A DNA stretch of 64,000 bases from Octopus vulgaris (GCA_951406725.2 OX597831.1:27404001-27468000); one strand, 5' to 3'; positions 1-13,735 are shown, counted from the stretch's first letter. Notes: generated by a model from the letters alone, not told the origin. Program-made: numbers and translations.

Positions 1-43
1 TGTCAAGTGATGTTGGGAGGGGGGACAAACACAGACACACACA

Positions 44-78
<35 letters not shown>

Positions 79-240
79 GACGGGCTTCTTTCAGTTTCCA
101 TCTACCAAATCCACTCACAAGGCATTGGTTGGCCCGAGGCTATAGTAGAAGACACTTGCCCAAGGTGCCACGCAGTGGGACTGAACCCGGAACCATGTGG
201 TTGGTAAACAAGCTACTTACCACACAGCCACTCCTGCGCC
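1..240 (-). mobile_element. tRNA-derived SINE family A, partial
   Basis: Head GGAGTGGCTGTGTGG...GGTTCAGTCCC (A/B boxes), CORE-like GGCACCTTGGGCAAGTG, internal (TA)n(TG)n. Confidence 0.85.
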
Positions 241-666
241 TATGTTGTGTAAAATGCCTTGTTTTGGATCTAAGTAACCAGGTAGGAGTGGGGAACTTGT
301 CTGTATCTAACCAACAAGGGGATACCTTGTGAAAAGAAATCCCCATAAGAAAATTTACAGGAAACTGCCTTTGTATTCTGCTTTGAAATTTCTGTGGCGA
401 ATACGTAGTATTTGTTAAGTGGAGGGCCATCTGCGGATGTTGGTTGGCATGATGGTGCAAGGAAGAATATGAAGAAGGACAGGTCTGGTGAGGAAGATAA
501 ACGGTTTAGAATGGAATCTAAGCAATGTGACAGCAGAAGGGTAATTGGAACAGAAGAGATGTGGATATGGATTGAGATGGGATGAAAATGATTACATATT
601 ACAAGCAGAGGCCATTATAGTAGCAATCAAAGAGACAACGAGAAGACACAGTATATTCGTGAATTA

Positions 667-697
<31 letters not shown>

Positions 698-1629
698 GTG
701 TTGGTAAGTGGGAATTTTTCCTCTGTTTGAAGTGATCAGCAATGTCTATGTGTGTAACAGGAATAGAGGCCAATGAATATGAATGGTACTTTAAGGTGAA
801 TGGCACAAAACTCTGCAAAAAGCCAGCACCCAATGGAAACTGAAGTGTTTCAAGATGCCCCAGCAAACATCCTCATTCTTCAATGCTTGTAACCAATCCA
901 AGCTGTGAGATAACAAGCAGCAAAGTCAAATATAATTTCCAAGAACTACATAAAGTATCAATCTCTATAAGTATGACAGAGCAGAAATAAATTTGTGGAA
1001 AACTCTTTTTCTATGTTCTGTGGTATAATGTGTTTCTTTTTTTTTTTCTTCTTTTTTTTCTTCTTTTTTTTTTTTATTCAGGAAATGGATAGTTGATCCA
1101 CCCCACGCATCCACACCCTCACTTAGTATATACAAACGCTCTAATTTATGCACACTCATTATAGTCAGTCTAGTGTAATTATAATGACTGTAATCCGGAT
1201 CCTATGTCAAGAGGGTCAAACACGCATACATACATACATACACGTGCATAAGTATACACTAACATACATGCTCATGTTTAAACCATTGTTGCAAAATCAC
1301 ACGTACAAAAAAAATACAAAGGAAAACCCATAGTAATCATTGTTTGGTTAAGAGTTCTTCTGTGCTTGTGCTCCGTCATATCATTTCTGTAGTAATTTTG
1401 TAATTCTTTGAACTAAGTGTGGGCAAGTCTCTTTGAAGTGGGCCTCATGAAACTTGATTCATCTTCAGGCGGGCTGAATAAGACATGGGTTATCCTCAGG
1501 CACGCCCACAGTACTAAAGTCCTTCAAAGTAATTATTTGTTCAGCGTGCCATCCAGGAAGTCATGAGGACCGCAGTTTATTCACGACTGCTTTAACTCTT
1601 TGGTATTCAGATTGCTTTGTCGAATCTAA

Positions 1630-2045
1630 TTCTTTTATTCTTTCACTTGTTTCAGTCATTTGACTGTAGCCTTGCCAGAGAAATCCCTTGAAGGGTTTTT
1701 GTTGAAGAATTTGAGCCCAGAACTTTTTTTTTTAAAGCCTAGAACTTATTTTATCCATCTATCTCTTTGTCGAATGCTAAGTTATGGGGATGTAAACACA
1801 CCAACACTGACTGTCAAGCATGATGAGAGGAGCCACACAGACACAAAGACACACACATAGATACACATTATACACACACACACACACACATGATGGGCTT
1901 CTTTCTGTTTCCATCAACCAAATCCACTCACAAGACTTTAATCAGGTTCAGGCTATAGAAGACACTTGCATAGGTTGCCACACAGTGGGACTGAACCAGG
2001 GACCATCTGGTTGGGAAACAAGCTTCTTACCACACAGCCACACCT
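1630..2045 (-). mobile_element. SINE family A, diverged
   Basis: Colinear with family A copies, many substitutions. Confidence 0.75.
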
Positions 2046-2549
2046 ACTTATTTATCAACATTGTTTTGAATTAATTGTGCGTTATTTCATAGCTTTGAGA
2101 CTTCAGTAATGTGTCTGTGTATCTCTAGAATGAGATTGTTGGGTAGGTGTGAGAGGCTGGATCTGGCCAGTTTGAACCTAAGACGGGTATAATACTTGGG
2201 CCTGATATGTTTGGTTTAAATACTAAAAGGGTTAAAATATCAAGAATTTAAACAGGAAGAATTTATTCACAACTTTTGTGATATTCCACCGTGTCATGAG
2301 AGTGTGACACAACATCATTAGATGCCACAGATTACATAAAATTAGAACAGCAGGAGGAAAGAAATGTGTTGTGGTTGAATCATTATCACTTGAACTACCG
2401 GCTTCAATAATTACCATAATTAATCAATTTGATAAAATAAATTGGCTGTTGGTTAAGTATGTGTCAATGACACGTTGTTTGCATCCCAACCACATACTTC
2501 CGGGTTCAGTCCCACTGCATGACACCTTGGGCAAGTGTCCTCTATTATA

Positions 2550-2786
2550 TATATTTCTTTACTACCCACAAGGGGCTAAACACAGAGGAGACAAACAAGG
2601 ACAGACAAACGAATTAAGTCGATTACATCGACCCCAGTGCGTAACTGGTACTTAATTTATCGACCCCAGAAGGATGAAAGGCAAAGTTGACCTCAGCGGA
2701 ATTTGAACTCGGAACGTAGCGGCAGACGAAATACGGCAACGCATTTCACCCGGCGTGCTAACGTTTCTGCCAGCTCGCCGCCTTCT
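2550..2786 (-). mobile_element. SINE family B monomer inserted in a family A head
   Basis: Head GGCGAGCTGGCAGAAACG, B box GAGTTCAAATTCC, central GCCTTTCATCCTT..GGGGTCGATAAA. 15-bp TSD GTGTCCTCTATTATA at 2535-2549 and 2787-2801. Confidence 0.88.
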
Positions 2787-2870
2787 GTGTCCTCTATTAT
2801 AGCCCCCAGCCAACTAATGCCATATGAGTGAGTTTGGTTGAGGGATACTGAAAAATGCACATGATATATA

Positions 2871-3430
2871 TCATCATCATCATTTAACATCCCTTTTCCA
2901 TGCTGGCATGAGTTGTATGGTTTGACAGGAGCCGACCAGTTGAAGGGCAGTTCAGGCTCCCTTTCTGTTTTGGCATGGTTTCTATGTCTGGATACCCTTC
3001 CTAATGCCAACCACTTTACAGAGTGCACTAGGTGCTTTTTATGTGGAACCAGTACCAGTGAGGTCTGCATTGGCATGGTTTCTATAGCTGGATGCCCTTC
3101 CTTATTCCAACCTCTTTACAGAGTGTACTGGGCGGTTTTATACTGCACTGGCATGGGTGCTTTTTACGTGACACCAGCACCTATGAGCCCACGAGATTAG
3201 TCGATGCTCAGCCAGAGAAGGTTGCAGGGGGCAAGCCTGTACACATGGGCAACCATGCTATTACTTAGCTTGATGTGTCTTTTCAAGCACAGCAAACCGC
3301 CAGGAGTCTTGGTCTCCTGTCATCCCTTCTGTGACTCCCATCGTTTGTAGATCCTCTCTCTCCACCATGTCCCACGTCTTTCCAGGACTACCACTTTCAC
3401 ATGTTCCCTTTACAATTAGAGATTAGTACC
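2871..3430 (-). mobile_element. RTE LINE 3' end (ORF C-terminus, 3'UTR, (ATG)n tail)
   Basis: Degenerate ...GTCESGSPGKTWD...DLQTMGVTEGMTGDQDSWRFAVLEKTHQAK*, then GGTTGGCATTAGGAAGGG tail and (GAT)n. Confidence 0.7.
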
Positions 3431-3434
3431 TCTT

Positions 3435-3849
3435 TTTTCTTTATTGCCCACAAGGGGCTAAACATAGAGGGGACAAACAAGGACAGACAAAGGGATTAAG
3501 TCGATTACATCGATCCCAGTACGTAACTGGTACTTAATTTATTGACCCTGAAAGGATGAAAGGCAAAGTCGACCTCGGTGGAATTTGAACTCAGAACGTA
3601 ACAGCAGACGAAATACCTATTTCTTTACTACCCACAAGGGGCTAAACACAGAGGGGACAAACAAGGACAGACAAACGGATTAAGTCGATTACATCGACCC
3701 CAGTGTGTAACTGGTACCTAATTTATCGACCCTGAAAGGATGAAAGGCAAAGTCGACCTTGGCGGAATTTGAACTCAGAATGTAACGGCAGACAAAATAC
3801 CGCTAAGCATTTCACCTGGTGTGCTAACGTTTCTGCCAGCTCGCCGCCT
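3435..3849 (-). mobile_element. SINE family B, head plus two tandem body units
   Basis: Two tandem bodies of about 184 nt behind one head; 12-bp TSD TTAGTACCTCTT at 3423-3434 and 3850-3861. Confidence 0.88.
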
Positions 3850-4329
3850 TTAGTACCTCTTAATGCAACTACCTTTGTCCACACACACACACACACACAC
3901 ACACATATGTATGTATATGCATATACTTGCTGAAAGATGCCTGTTGTATGTGTCTTTCTGTTTGTCTCCCAATACCGCTTGACAACTGGTGTTGGTGTGT
4001 TTACATCCCTGTAACAGTTCGGCAAAACAGACCAACAGAATAAATACTAGGCTTACCAAAAAAGAAATACTAGGGTCAATTCATTCAACCAAAATTTCTT
4101 CATGGTGGTGCTCCAGCATGGCTGCAGTCAAATGACTGAAACAAGTTAAAGATAAAAGATAAAGTCGTCTTTGCTATTTTAAAAGGTGTATTTAAAATGT
4201 AAATATTGCAATGTGTGGCGTAAATATTTTGTTTCTAAGAGGAATCGTGACCCCCTTCTCAACCCTCAGTGCCCCTTATTACATCCTTGACACTTGCTGC
4301 CCCTCTTTGATCTCAGCTAACACGCAGAC

Positions 4330-4530
4330 ACCGTAAAACTATGGAAAATGTGGAGAAAATGTTAAGTGTTTGGCTGGATTGTATGTCATGGCATCACTTG
4401 CTCTCCTCTCGAGTCATTGTCCTGCAAATGACATGAAAATTATGGAATCAGTTGATACAAGAAGAAACTGAGGAAGTCACTTAAGTGTTTGTTCTTTCTT
4501 GGAGGTGGTTTGAAAAGTTCAAGAGAACCA
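4330..4530 (+). mobile_element. Degenerate pogo/Tigger transposase fragment (CENP-B-type HTH)
   Basis: Reads MENVEKMLSVWLD...KLWNQLIQEE...LSWRWFEKFKR with stops; resembles Tigger MEKLLSVWIED...ASRGWFERFK. Confidence 0.6.
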
Positions 4531-4579
4531 GATTAATCACTATCATCATCATCATCATGATTTAACATCTAGTTTTCTG

Positions 4580-5107
4580 ACTGGCATCCGTGCTAGCGGG
4601 GTGCAAATAGCACCATACGAGCGTGATTGTTGACAGAGCGGCTAACTGGCTTCCGTGCCAGTGGCACATAAAAGCACCATTCGAGTGTGATCATTACCAG
4701 CGTCACCTTTCCGGCACTTGAGCCCCGTGCTGGTAGGGTGCTAAGAGCACCGTCCGAGCTTGATCGTTGCCAGAGCAGCTAACTGGCTTCCATGCCGGTG
4801 GCACGTAAAAGGCACCATTCGAGCGTGATCGTTACCAGCGTCGCCTTACTGGCACTTGTAAAAACATTCAAGCGAGGTCATTGCCAGTACCGCCTGACTG
4901 GCCCCCATGCCGGTGGCATGTAAAAGTACCCACTACACTCTCAGAGTGGTTGGCATTAGGAAGGGCTTCCAGCTGTAGAAACTCTGCCAGATCAAGATTG
5001 GAGCCTGGTGCAGCCATCTGGTTCGCCAGTCCTCAGTCAAATTGTCCAACCCATGCTGGCATGGAAAACAGACGTTAAACGATGCTGCTGCTGCTGATGA
5101 TGATGAT
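4580..5107 (+). mobile_element. RTE-type 3'UTR with internal hairpin repeat array
   Basis: Repeated GTGCCRGTGGCAC-TAAAAGCACC units, then AGTGGTTGGCATTAGGAAGGGC...CCAACCCATGC...(GAT)n. Confidence 0.75.
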
Positions 5108-5671
5108 TTTCCATGCTGGCATGGGTTTGACACTTTGACAGGATACAGCAAGCTGGAGGGCTGTGCTGAGCTCCAGTGTTAGCTTTGGCATGGTTGCAGT
5201 GACTGGATTCCCTTCCTAATGTCAACCACTTTACAGTGTCCCGTGGGTGCTTTTTTTCTTATGCCACTAGGATTAGTGAGATTTCTAAGTAAGTTGCAAG
5301 ACAGAAGAGCAAGAAAGAGAAAAACCCTAATGAAGTAGGGGAGCAGAGATGGAATTAAGAGGTGATAGGTAGCTTTGTCTAAGGTTCTCAGCTAATCTCT
5401 ATAATATTCAGATAAAAAAGAATTCAGTGAGTCTACTACTTTCCTTTCCCTTTTCTCCATACAATTCAATGTGTCCTACATTTTATATAAATTTGTGTGT
5501 GTATGTTTACATTCAAGCGCATGTTTACATTTAGTCTGCAACCCTTTAACTGTTTGTCTACCTGTTGTAACCTCTCACATTCTCCAACTGTCTGTCACTT
5601 ACTACCCTTGTTCCATTTGTACAGTTTTACATATATATTTGTACTATTATTTATACAGCCATGCCTGCACC

Positions 5672-5710
<39 letters not shown>

Positions 5711-6685
5711 CAAAAATTTAGATTCAAATTAATATGGTACGTCAGTTTTAAGCACCAGAATTTAGTACGGTATTATCCATACAATTTCAAAGTAAGGTGA
5801 TTAAAATCAAAATAAGCAACAAGAATATCCAGAGGTAATGCAGTAAGATCGTTTCATGCAATTCTATTTAATTGAACAATGCAATCATTTCATTACATCA
5901 ATTTAAAATGTAGAGCAATCCTCAGCTGCACAAAGAAAATAGAATTTAATTGCTTCTCAACCACATGGTTCATGATACAATCCAACCATGTGCATCCTAG
6001 ACCTATTGAGTGGATTCGGTAGAGGGAAAACTGAACCACGCCGTAGGCCTATATATCTGTATACGAGTCTTTGTGTTTGTTTCCAACCACTGCTTAACAC
6101 CCGGTGTAGGTTTGTTTATGTCCTCGTAACTTAGCAATTCAGAATTAGCGAGTAATAGAATAAGTACCAGGCTTTAATAAAAAAAAAATATATACTGGGG
6201 TAGATTCGTTCGACTAAAAAACCCTTCTAGGCGGTGCCCCAGCATGGCCGCATTTCAGTGACTGAAACAAGTAAAAGATAAAAAAAAAATAAATGATTAA
6301 AGTGATAATTTTTTTCCTGATTTCCCCCAACAGCAGATTAAATGTTAATGATAAACAGATATATTCGTAGAAACAGTTTCAAGATATAGAACAGGATCTA
6401 AATGTGTCTTCGTCTTCAGAGCCGCAAGCAATTACTTTGTCAAAAGTAGGTTATTTACAATAGACACGAGTATCAAAAAAAGTGAAAGCACTTTCCTATA
6501 AAATGAAACTATCAAAGAACAAAAGTAAAACAGAAAACAGTAAGGTAAACGGCTTGGTACTACAATGCAGGGGGTTCCACCCCCCCCCCCCAGCCGCGGA
6601 CCAGCAGGAGCGGCACGCACAAAAATAAAGTTTTATTTCTGTTTCTTTAACTATAGCAGTCTGCGGTGTGTTTTTGCGTCATATA

Positions 6686-6892
6686 TTACTCTTTTACTCT
6701 TTTACTTGTTTCAGTCATTTGACTGCGGCCATGCTGGAGCACCGCCTTTAGTCGAGTAACTCGATCCCGGGTCTTATTCTTTTTGTAAGCCCAGTACTTA
6801 TTCTATCGGGCTCTTTTTGCCGAACCGCTAAGTGACGGGGACGTAAACACACCAGCATCGGTTGTCAAGCAATGCTGGGGGAACAAACACAA

Positions 6893-6954
<62 letters not shown>

Positions 6955-7107
6955 GCTTCTTTCAGTTTCCGTCTACCAAATCCACTCACAAGGCATTGGT
7001 CGGCCTGGGGCTATGGCAGAAGACACTTGCCCAAGATGCCACGCAGTGGGACTGAACCCGGAACCATGTGGTTGGTTAACAAGCTACTTACCACACAGCC
7101 ACTCCTG
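6686..7107 (-). mobile_element. SINE family A, full length
   Basis: Complete head, core, microsatellite and tail ending in (GTAAAAGA)n; CpGs intact. Confidence 0.9.
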
Positions 7108-9136
7108 TAATATATATGTAATAATTAAATTATATTTTATGCAATTGATTGCGTTTAGTTAAGCCCCTGATACCCCGGTCCGTAGAAAAATTGCGTGGCA
7201 TGAGACCAGTCCGTTGTATATGAAAGCTAGGGGACCTCTGCTCTAAAACAGTCTCAGGTGATATTGTCATTATTGAAATTGGATCCACCTAAATATATTG
7301 ATTATATCCCTAGTTAACGTGAGCAAAAGCCTGGCTTTTAACTAACGAATGCTTAGTGACGAGAGAATTATTTAATACCAAATACATGAAACAGTTTTCG
7401 GCCAAATTATGGCTTTCACCTGAATCTGACCAGGTAAATGCATTCTCTTTCACGAAGCTCTGGAAACGTAGAAGCACCGAAAATATTTGACTGATAGGAA
7501 AGCCCATTATAAATAGATTGAGTTCTGTGTTTCTTTTTCCTTTCTGAATTCTCAAAAGCTGGCAGAATTATTGAGTGTCGAACGAAATATTTAGTTCCGG
7601 CTGCTTACATTGTGAGTTCAAATCCTGCCGAGGTCGACTTTGTTTTTCATCCTTTTGGGTTCAATAAAAATAAAGAAGCCCCGTTAAAATTATTACAGAT
7701 CTTTGGCTAAACAATCGCAAACAGGCTTCTCTTTATTGTTGTTATTTAGCTCCCAGGTCAAAAACCTTGATCGAATAACCATCCATGATCAAAGATATTC
7801 CAGCTGTGAACATTCTGTCTTTTATGAAGGAATATGGAGAACGACATTATCCAGTGCATTCTATTCCTTATTTAAGACTGTTTGGCACAGTTTCAGTAAG
7901 ATTTAGCAGCTGTTTCTAACAGAGCGAAAGTACAATTTTCTATATTGAATGATGGTTGTCTCTTAGTATTTTAAGGTCTCGAAGGTGAAAAACTTAGGAT
8001 CCAGCGGCGATAGAAATTCCAACTGTTATTTAAATAAAATATCAGTATAAAAAAATTAAATAATCAAAATAGAATAGTTTGGTTAACAGGGGGTTTGGGG
8101 GAGAAAAAGGAGACAGATAAGGGAGAAGTGGGAAGTATATTCAACTGATAGATCAATAATAATCACCGATTCACGAACGAAAGAATGAATGAATGGGAAA
8201 ATATGAATAAAAACGAAAGCGAGGGAGGTTGCAGCAGTCCGGTGCTAAAAACCCGGCATGTCTGTGTCGATAGTTGGAAATCAAATAATAATAACATATT
8301 TATATCGTTAATGATGTATTAATATGATTAGTGATGTATTAATATAGTTAATAATATAACTAGCCTTGCAATAGAATAATAAAGATGTTATTTCAAAGGA
8401 GTGATAAAGCTGAGATATTTTCAGTGGCTTACATGATCGGCGTTAGAGCCAACCGGCGTTAAAGAGGGGAGGCTGGACTTACTAGAAATAGCAGCCAAAC
8501 ATCCCTCGGATTACATATTACTGTTTTAAAAGGAAAGGAAAAAGGGAAGAAAAAAAAAAACGATTTCAATGAAGTAGTCCGAAATATCTGTGAAAAAAGG
8601 TGACAGAATAGTCAGGTTGGAACGCTTTTGATCACAGCCCCGTTCCACCTGGGGTTAAGCAACAACAAATATAGCTAGAACAAGCAAGAAAGTAGAATAG
8701 CAATGAATGGATTTTAATTTAATGGTAGTGATTCGGGTGAATAACGGTTAAATGGCTTCAAATGGAATTTGTTCATTTACCAATCAGTTGTATAGTATGA
8801 TCGGGAAACTAAAAGCTATCACACACACACACACACACATTTCAACTTATGTATGCAATTGGTTTAGTTCTAAGACATGACAACTCCAAAAACGACATAA
8901 CACGAAAAAACATTTTTGAAAATTTATTAGCTTATATTTGTTTGAATAAATGGTTCGTACTTATTTCCACATATATTTAATTCGAGTTTCCACTTTAGTA
9001 TTGGGTTTTTAAGTAATTTTAAAACAAATATTGTTTAATGCTTTTAAAGGTTCGCTGAGACACCGACATGAAATCGAAAAAGACACAACCCGAAACAACC
9101 TAAGTTCAGATATAATAGTGTGTGTGTGTGTCTGTC

Positions 9137-9186
<50 letters not shown>

Positions 9187-9355
9187 CATCCATCCATCCA
9201 TCCATCCATCCATCCATCCATCCATCCATCCATCCATCCATCCACCCACCCACCTACCTACCTACCTACCTATCTATCCATCCATCTAACACGTACATAC
9301 GCACAGGTATATGTAAATGTATGCTTACACACACTTCTGTTTACATACGGACATA

Positions 9356-9415
<60 letters not shown>

Positions 9416-9733
9416 TATATATGTATATACACATATATATATACACACACACAACAGTCCATTATATTAGCACCACAAACTAAGGCCGCTATATGCAACA
9501 GAAGTCTAAATACACAGACACAAACGTCATTAAATCTATTAAGGCAGGAAGACTTCAAATGTTAAGTTGTCGCCTTAACATTACGTATGTTTAACACTAT
9601 TTTTGAAACATTTAACATATATTAAATAAGAATAAAGTTGACTAATCCAGCATTATAGTACGAATAACAACACGAGATTGTTCTTCTAGACAAACAAATC
9701 CTACACACAACACACACACAAACTTATGTATAA

Positions 9734-9766
<33 letters not shown>

Positions 9767-10320
9767 AGCCCTTCACAGACTTCTTTGTATGTGCGCTTAC
9801 CAAAATTTTCCACTATATTGTGGGTTCCTTAATATTATTGTTATATATGTAAGACAGTGTGTGTATATATATGTGTGTGTACAAAACATTATTGCATACA
9901 TACATACATGTATACCACTATTTTACCTACACGTACACTGTGGCCATATCAGCAGAGTAGACCAAAAGACTGTCGGTCCAGAGTGTAAGGTCCGATATGA
10001 AAAATCAGATATTAATGAAAACAAATAAACCATTCGCAACGCGAAGATAACTGGAATCTGAAGACAGACTGTCGTGGAAGTATTGCAATAAATAATTTGA
10101 AACGAAAATATTGAACCAATTTATTATTTTAGACGTGGCATTGTCTACTACTAACTACTACTGCTGCTACTAAATTCTATGGTAACATATATATATATAT
10201 GTGTGTGAGTACGTGTATACACACACACATATATATAGGTGTATATATATATATAAACATAAATATGCACTCATATATACATATATAGCATATATACATG
10301 CACATATATATATATATACA

Positions 10321-10367
<47 letters not shown>

Positions 10368-11159
10368 GCACATATATATATACACGCACATATGTATATA
10401 CATATAAAGATATCTCTTTCAGTCATTTGACTGCGACCATGCTGGTGTAGCTGAACAAATCTACCCAGTGCTTGAGATTTTAGCCTGGCATATATTCTAT
10501 CGAACTGCAAAGTTACGGGGACGCAAACAAACCAGCGTCGGTTGCCATGCGGTTGTATGGTGGTGGTGGTGGAGGGGGGGCAAACTCACGGGTTTCTTCA
10601 AGTCGTATATATATATAGGCTTGGGGCTATAGCAGAAAGCACCTGTCAAAGCTGCTGCACAACGGGATTGAACCCAAAACTAAGTGGTTAGGAAGCAAAC
10701 TTGTTTCCACACAACCATGCCGGCGTCTCTCTCTCTCCCCCTTCTCTCTCGATATAATGAATATTTTATTCTTTTTATAAACTATAAATTTACTTTATTT
10801 ATATTTATTTTTCCTACATCATCTCTATTTAATTTATTTTTCTAGTTTTCTTTATTTTACTTCATCCCTAATCATATTCTAATCAATCTGTAAACCCTTC
10901 GCTCGAGCATATAATAATACAAATTATAAACCATAATATTTAGTCTACTGAAATGAACTGATAGGTCCCGCATATAACATCTTAAGGTACGTCTTTTTCT
11001 CTGATGGAATTATGCTCATGTTACATAAAAGCAAATTTAATGTACAAATCTGTAATTAAATTATTGAGCATTAATTGAAACAGGTGTAAGAAGTAAGGAT
11101 GACCAATTTGCTAATAATAAATAATTGTTAACTTTCTACTCCATTTTCATTTCATCACT

Positions 11160-11341
11160 TAACTGTGTGTGTATATATTCCCTTCTCTGGATCTTTCCTT
11201 CTCCTATGTTTCCGACGAAGAGCTCCGCTCGAAACGTTAAACCCTCCTTCTTCCCTTCCTTCCTGAGCGTCCAATAATACTATATTTGTTCCACGTCCTC
11301 GAGTTGTTGTGTTTTCTCTTTGTGTTTTCATGTTTGGATTA

Positions 11342-11345
<4 letters not shown>
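11160..11345 (+). mobile_element. Penelope-like terminal repeat fragment next to (TA)n
   Basis: Same sequence as the two copies at 12848-13152; contains CCGACGAAGAGCTCCGCTCGAAACGTT. Confidence 0.6.
11208..11242 (+). ncRNA. Putative minimal type I hammerhead ribozyme motif
   Basis: GUUU-CCGACGA-A-GAGC(UCC)GCUC-GAAAC-GUU-AAAC. Helix I GUUU/AAAC, helix II GAGC/GCUC, palindromic ACGU helix III. Confidence 0.45.
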
Positions 11346-11385
<40 letters not shown>

Positions 11386-12249
11386 AAAGTAAAAAATATA
11401 TACAAACGTGAAACATTTAGAAGACGACACAAAAAACACGGACGGGACATTCAAAGCCCTCAATCATCAGTCAAGAACCGGATCATCTTCGCAATTTCAG
11501 CTGATTAATCTTGAGATTGCTCCGATCTGGGCAGCCCCCAAGGGAAATCTAAGCCAAGCGCATTAGATTCCTTGGAAGAAAGCCTCGAATGTATACAACA
11601 CAGGGACGGAAAACGGACGATGTTATACGAATAAAAATACAAAAATACGTAAAAACAATAAGGAAAGCACGAATAAGAATACAAAATACGTAAAAACAAT
11701 AATGGTAAGGATAATCCCCGTGCCTATATATATATAGGTAGGTAGTTTTCGTAAATCTCAGTTGTTTCCTCTTCAATCACATCTACTTATTCCAATATTA
11801 CAATCAATACGTATCCATAGTTAGTGCTGTACGTAAATCAAAACACACATTAAAATTGAGAATTACGGAAAAACAAAAGCGGAAAATTACCAGTTTTTGA
11901 TATCATTTATTTTCCATTACAAGTATTTCATTTGCTAATAGGAATTACCAAGATTTATATTTTATATAGACATGTAAAGAATTTCCTATTTGAAAATTGT
12001 CGGACAGAGAAAATCTTTTATGAAAATGGAATGAATATATAGCAAATGAAACTCGTGCAATGGAGAATGACTAATACCAAATAGTTTCCATTTTCCCGTT
12101 TTGTCATAAATATATACATTTGTCTTCGGCTTTGCAGTCTGACGCGACGCTCATGAGGATAAGCCCTTTGTGGATGCGAAACCATTGGTCAATCTATGAC
12201 TGTACGTAGACTTAACACCATAATAAATATATATGTTTAGCAGAATTCC

Positions 12250-12720
12250 GAAGCAACTTCTTTTTGGCCAGTTATCAACAGAAAGGTCAGCTGGAAGGCC
12301 ACTCTTGCGCTTCAAAGACAAACTAAAAGAAAAATTCGAAGCGATGCAGTATTCTCTTTTCTTCTTGGGAAAAACAAAAACAAAGCATTAGAACTCAAAA
12401 CCTGGCGCCAGTCCTGCTTCTCCTCAGTTCAAAGATTTGAGCAAAGTCGACTCCAACATCGGGACCGACTTCGTGCAGCATGAAGGCACGCTGCCATGAC
12501 GCGGCTCCTCTCAATAGAAACTTTACTTGTCACTGCAATTTTGTGGCACGAAGCAAAACAGGCCTTGCCGTTCCTCTCAAGAAGACACATAGTAAATGAT
12601 CCACAAGCAAACTGAGTCCTCAACTTATTCCATTTGCCAAAAGGTTTGCAAGACACCAGCAGGCCCCTCAAGAGACACATTCGCGCCCATAGAACATGAT
12701 CACTCCTTTATTTTACTGAC
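12250..12720 (+). mobile_element. Degenerate RTE LINE ORF C-terminus with zinc-finger remnants
   Basis: FGQLSTERSAGRPLLRFKDKLK... FTCHCNFVARSKTGL... ICQKVCKTPAG/LKRHIRAH, with frameshifts. Confidence 0.7.
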
Positions 12721-12771
12721 CCTTCATTTGTCGTTCACAAGAGAATCCATCATATATATACATATACATAT

Positions 12772-13148
12772 GCAATACACAAAACTCTTGGTCCACGATG
12801 AGACCATAATCGAAACATTGCCTATATATATATATATATAAATAGTTAATCCAAACATGAAAGCACAAAAAAAACACAACAACGCGAGGACGTGGAACAA
12901 ATATAGTATTATTGGACGCTCAGGAAAGAAGGGAAGAAGGAGGGTTTGACGTTTCGAGCGGAGCTCTTCGTCGGAAACATAGGAGAAGGAAAGATCCAGA
13001 GAAGGGAAGACATAGGGAAAATTCCTTCTCCTATGTTTCCGACGAAGAGCTCCGCTCGAGACGTTAAACCCTCCTTCTTTCCTTTCCTGAGCGTCCAATA
13101 ATACTATATTTGTTCCACGTCCTCGCGTTGTTGTGTTTTCTTGTTTGG

Positions 13149-13204
<56 letters not shown>

Positions 13205-13253
13205 CAATGTTTCGATTATGGTCTCATCGTGGACCAAGAGCTTTGTGTATTGC
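12772..13253. repeat. Nested palindrome of about 480 bp
   Basis: Outer 53-bp arms (12772-12824 and 13201-13253, 1 mismatch), then (TA)n, then inverted Penelope-like arms (about 12848-12991 and 13022-13152). Confidence 0.9.
12944..12978 (-). ncRNA. Putative minimal hammerhead motif with GUC cleavage triplet
   Basis: Minus strand GUUUCCGACGAAGAGCUCCGCUCGAAACGUCAAAC. Confidence 0.5.
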
Positions 13254-13504
13254 CAAATATCAAACTATGCACACACATAGAACACTAACAGAAAGCGTAC
13301 ATATATCGATTATATACAGTGATTTCATTCATTGATTTAATCAGAGTAAGCAGTGGTTTTATTTTCTCAATTATAATTACTCGGCAATAATTAACTTTAG
13401 CCATCAACATCTAAAAGTTTTAATTCGTTAATTAAATAAATGTGTGTAAATATATCTAAGAAATTATTCAACAAATATCAATTTGGATTTTAAAAAAAAC
13501 ATGA

Positions 13505-13735
13505 AAAACACGCTCCATCATTCAGTCAGTCAGTCAGTCACACACACACACACCATTCTTTAGTTTCAGACACACAATTCTTCAGTCACACACATCATTC
13601 TTTAGTCTCATGCACACCTTCCTTCAGTCATACACATAATTCTTGAAGTACACACCAATCATCAGTCACATAAACCGTCTTTCAGTCACATCATTCTTCA
13701 GTCACACACTCACTCCGTTCTTTAGTCACTAAGTA
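13505..13735. repeat. Degenerate minisatellite, unit about 24 bp
   Basis: Repeated CTTCAGTCACACAC..CATTCTT. Confidence 0.7.

Noticed and set aside
241-960. Possible coding exon(s) of the second gene
   Set aside because: No convincing splice-bounded frame found; more likely decayed retroelement sequence.
4585-4930. CRISPR-like look of the hairpin repeat arrays
   Set aside because: Spacers are homologous to each other, context is a eukaryotic LINE 3'UTR, and there are no cas genes.
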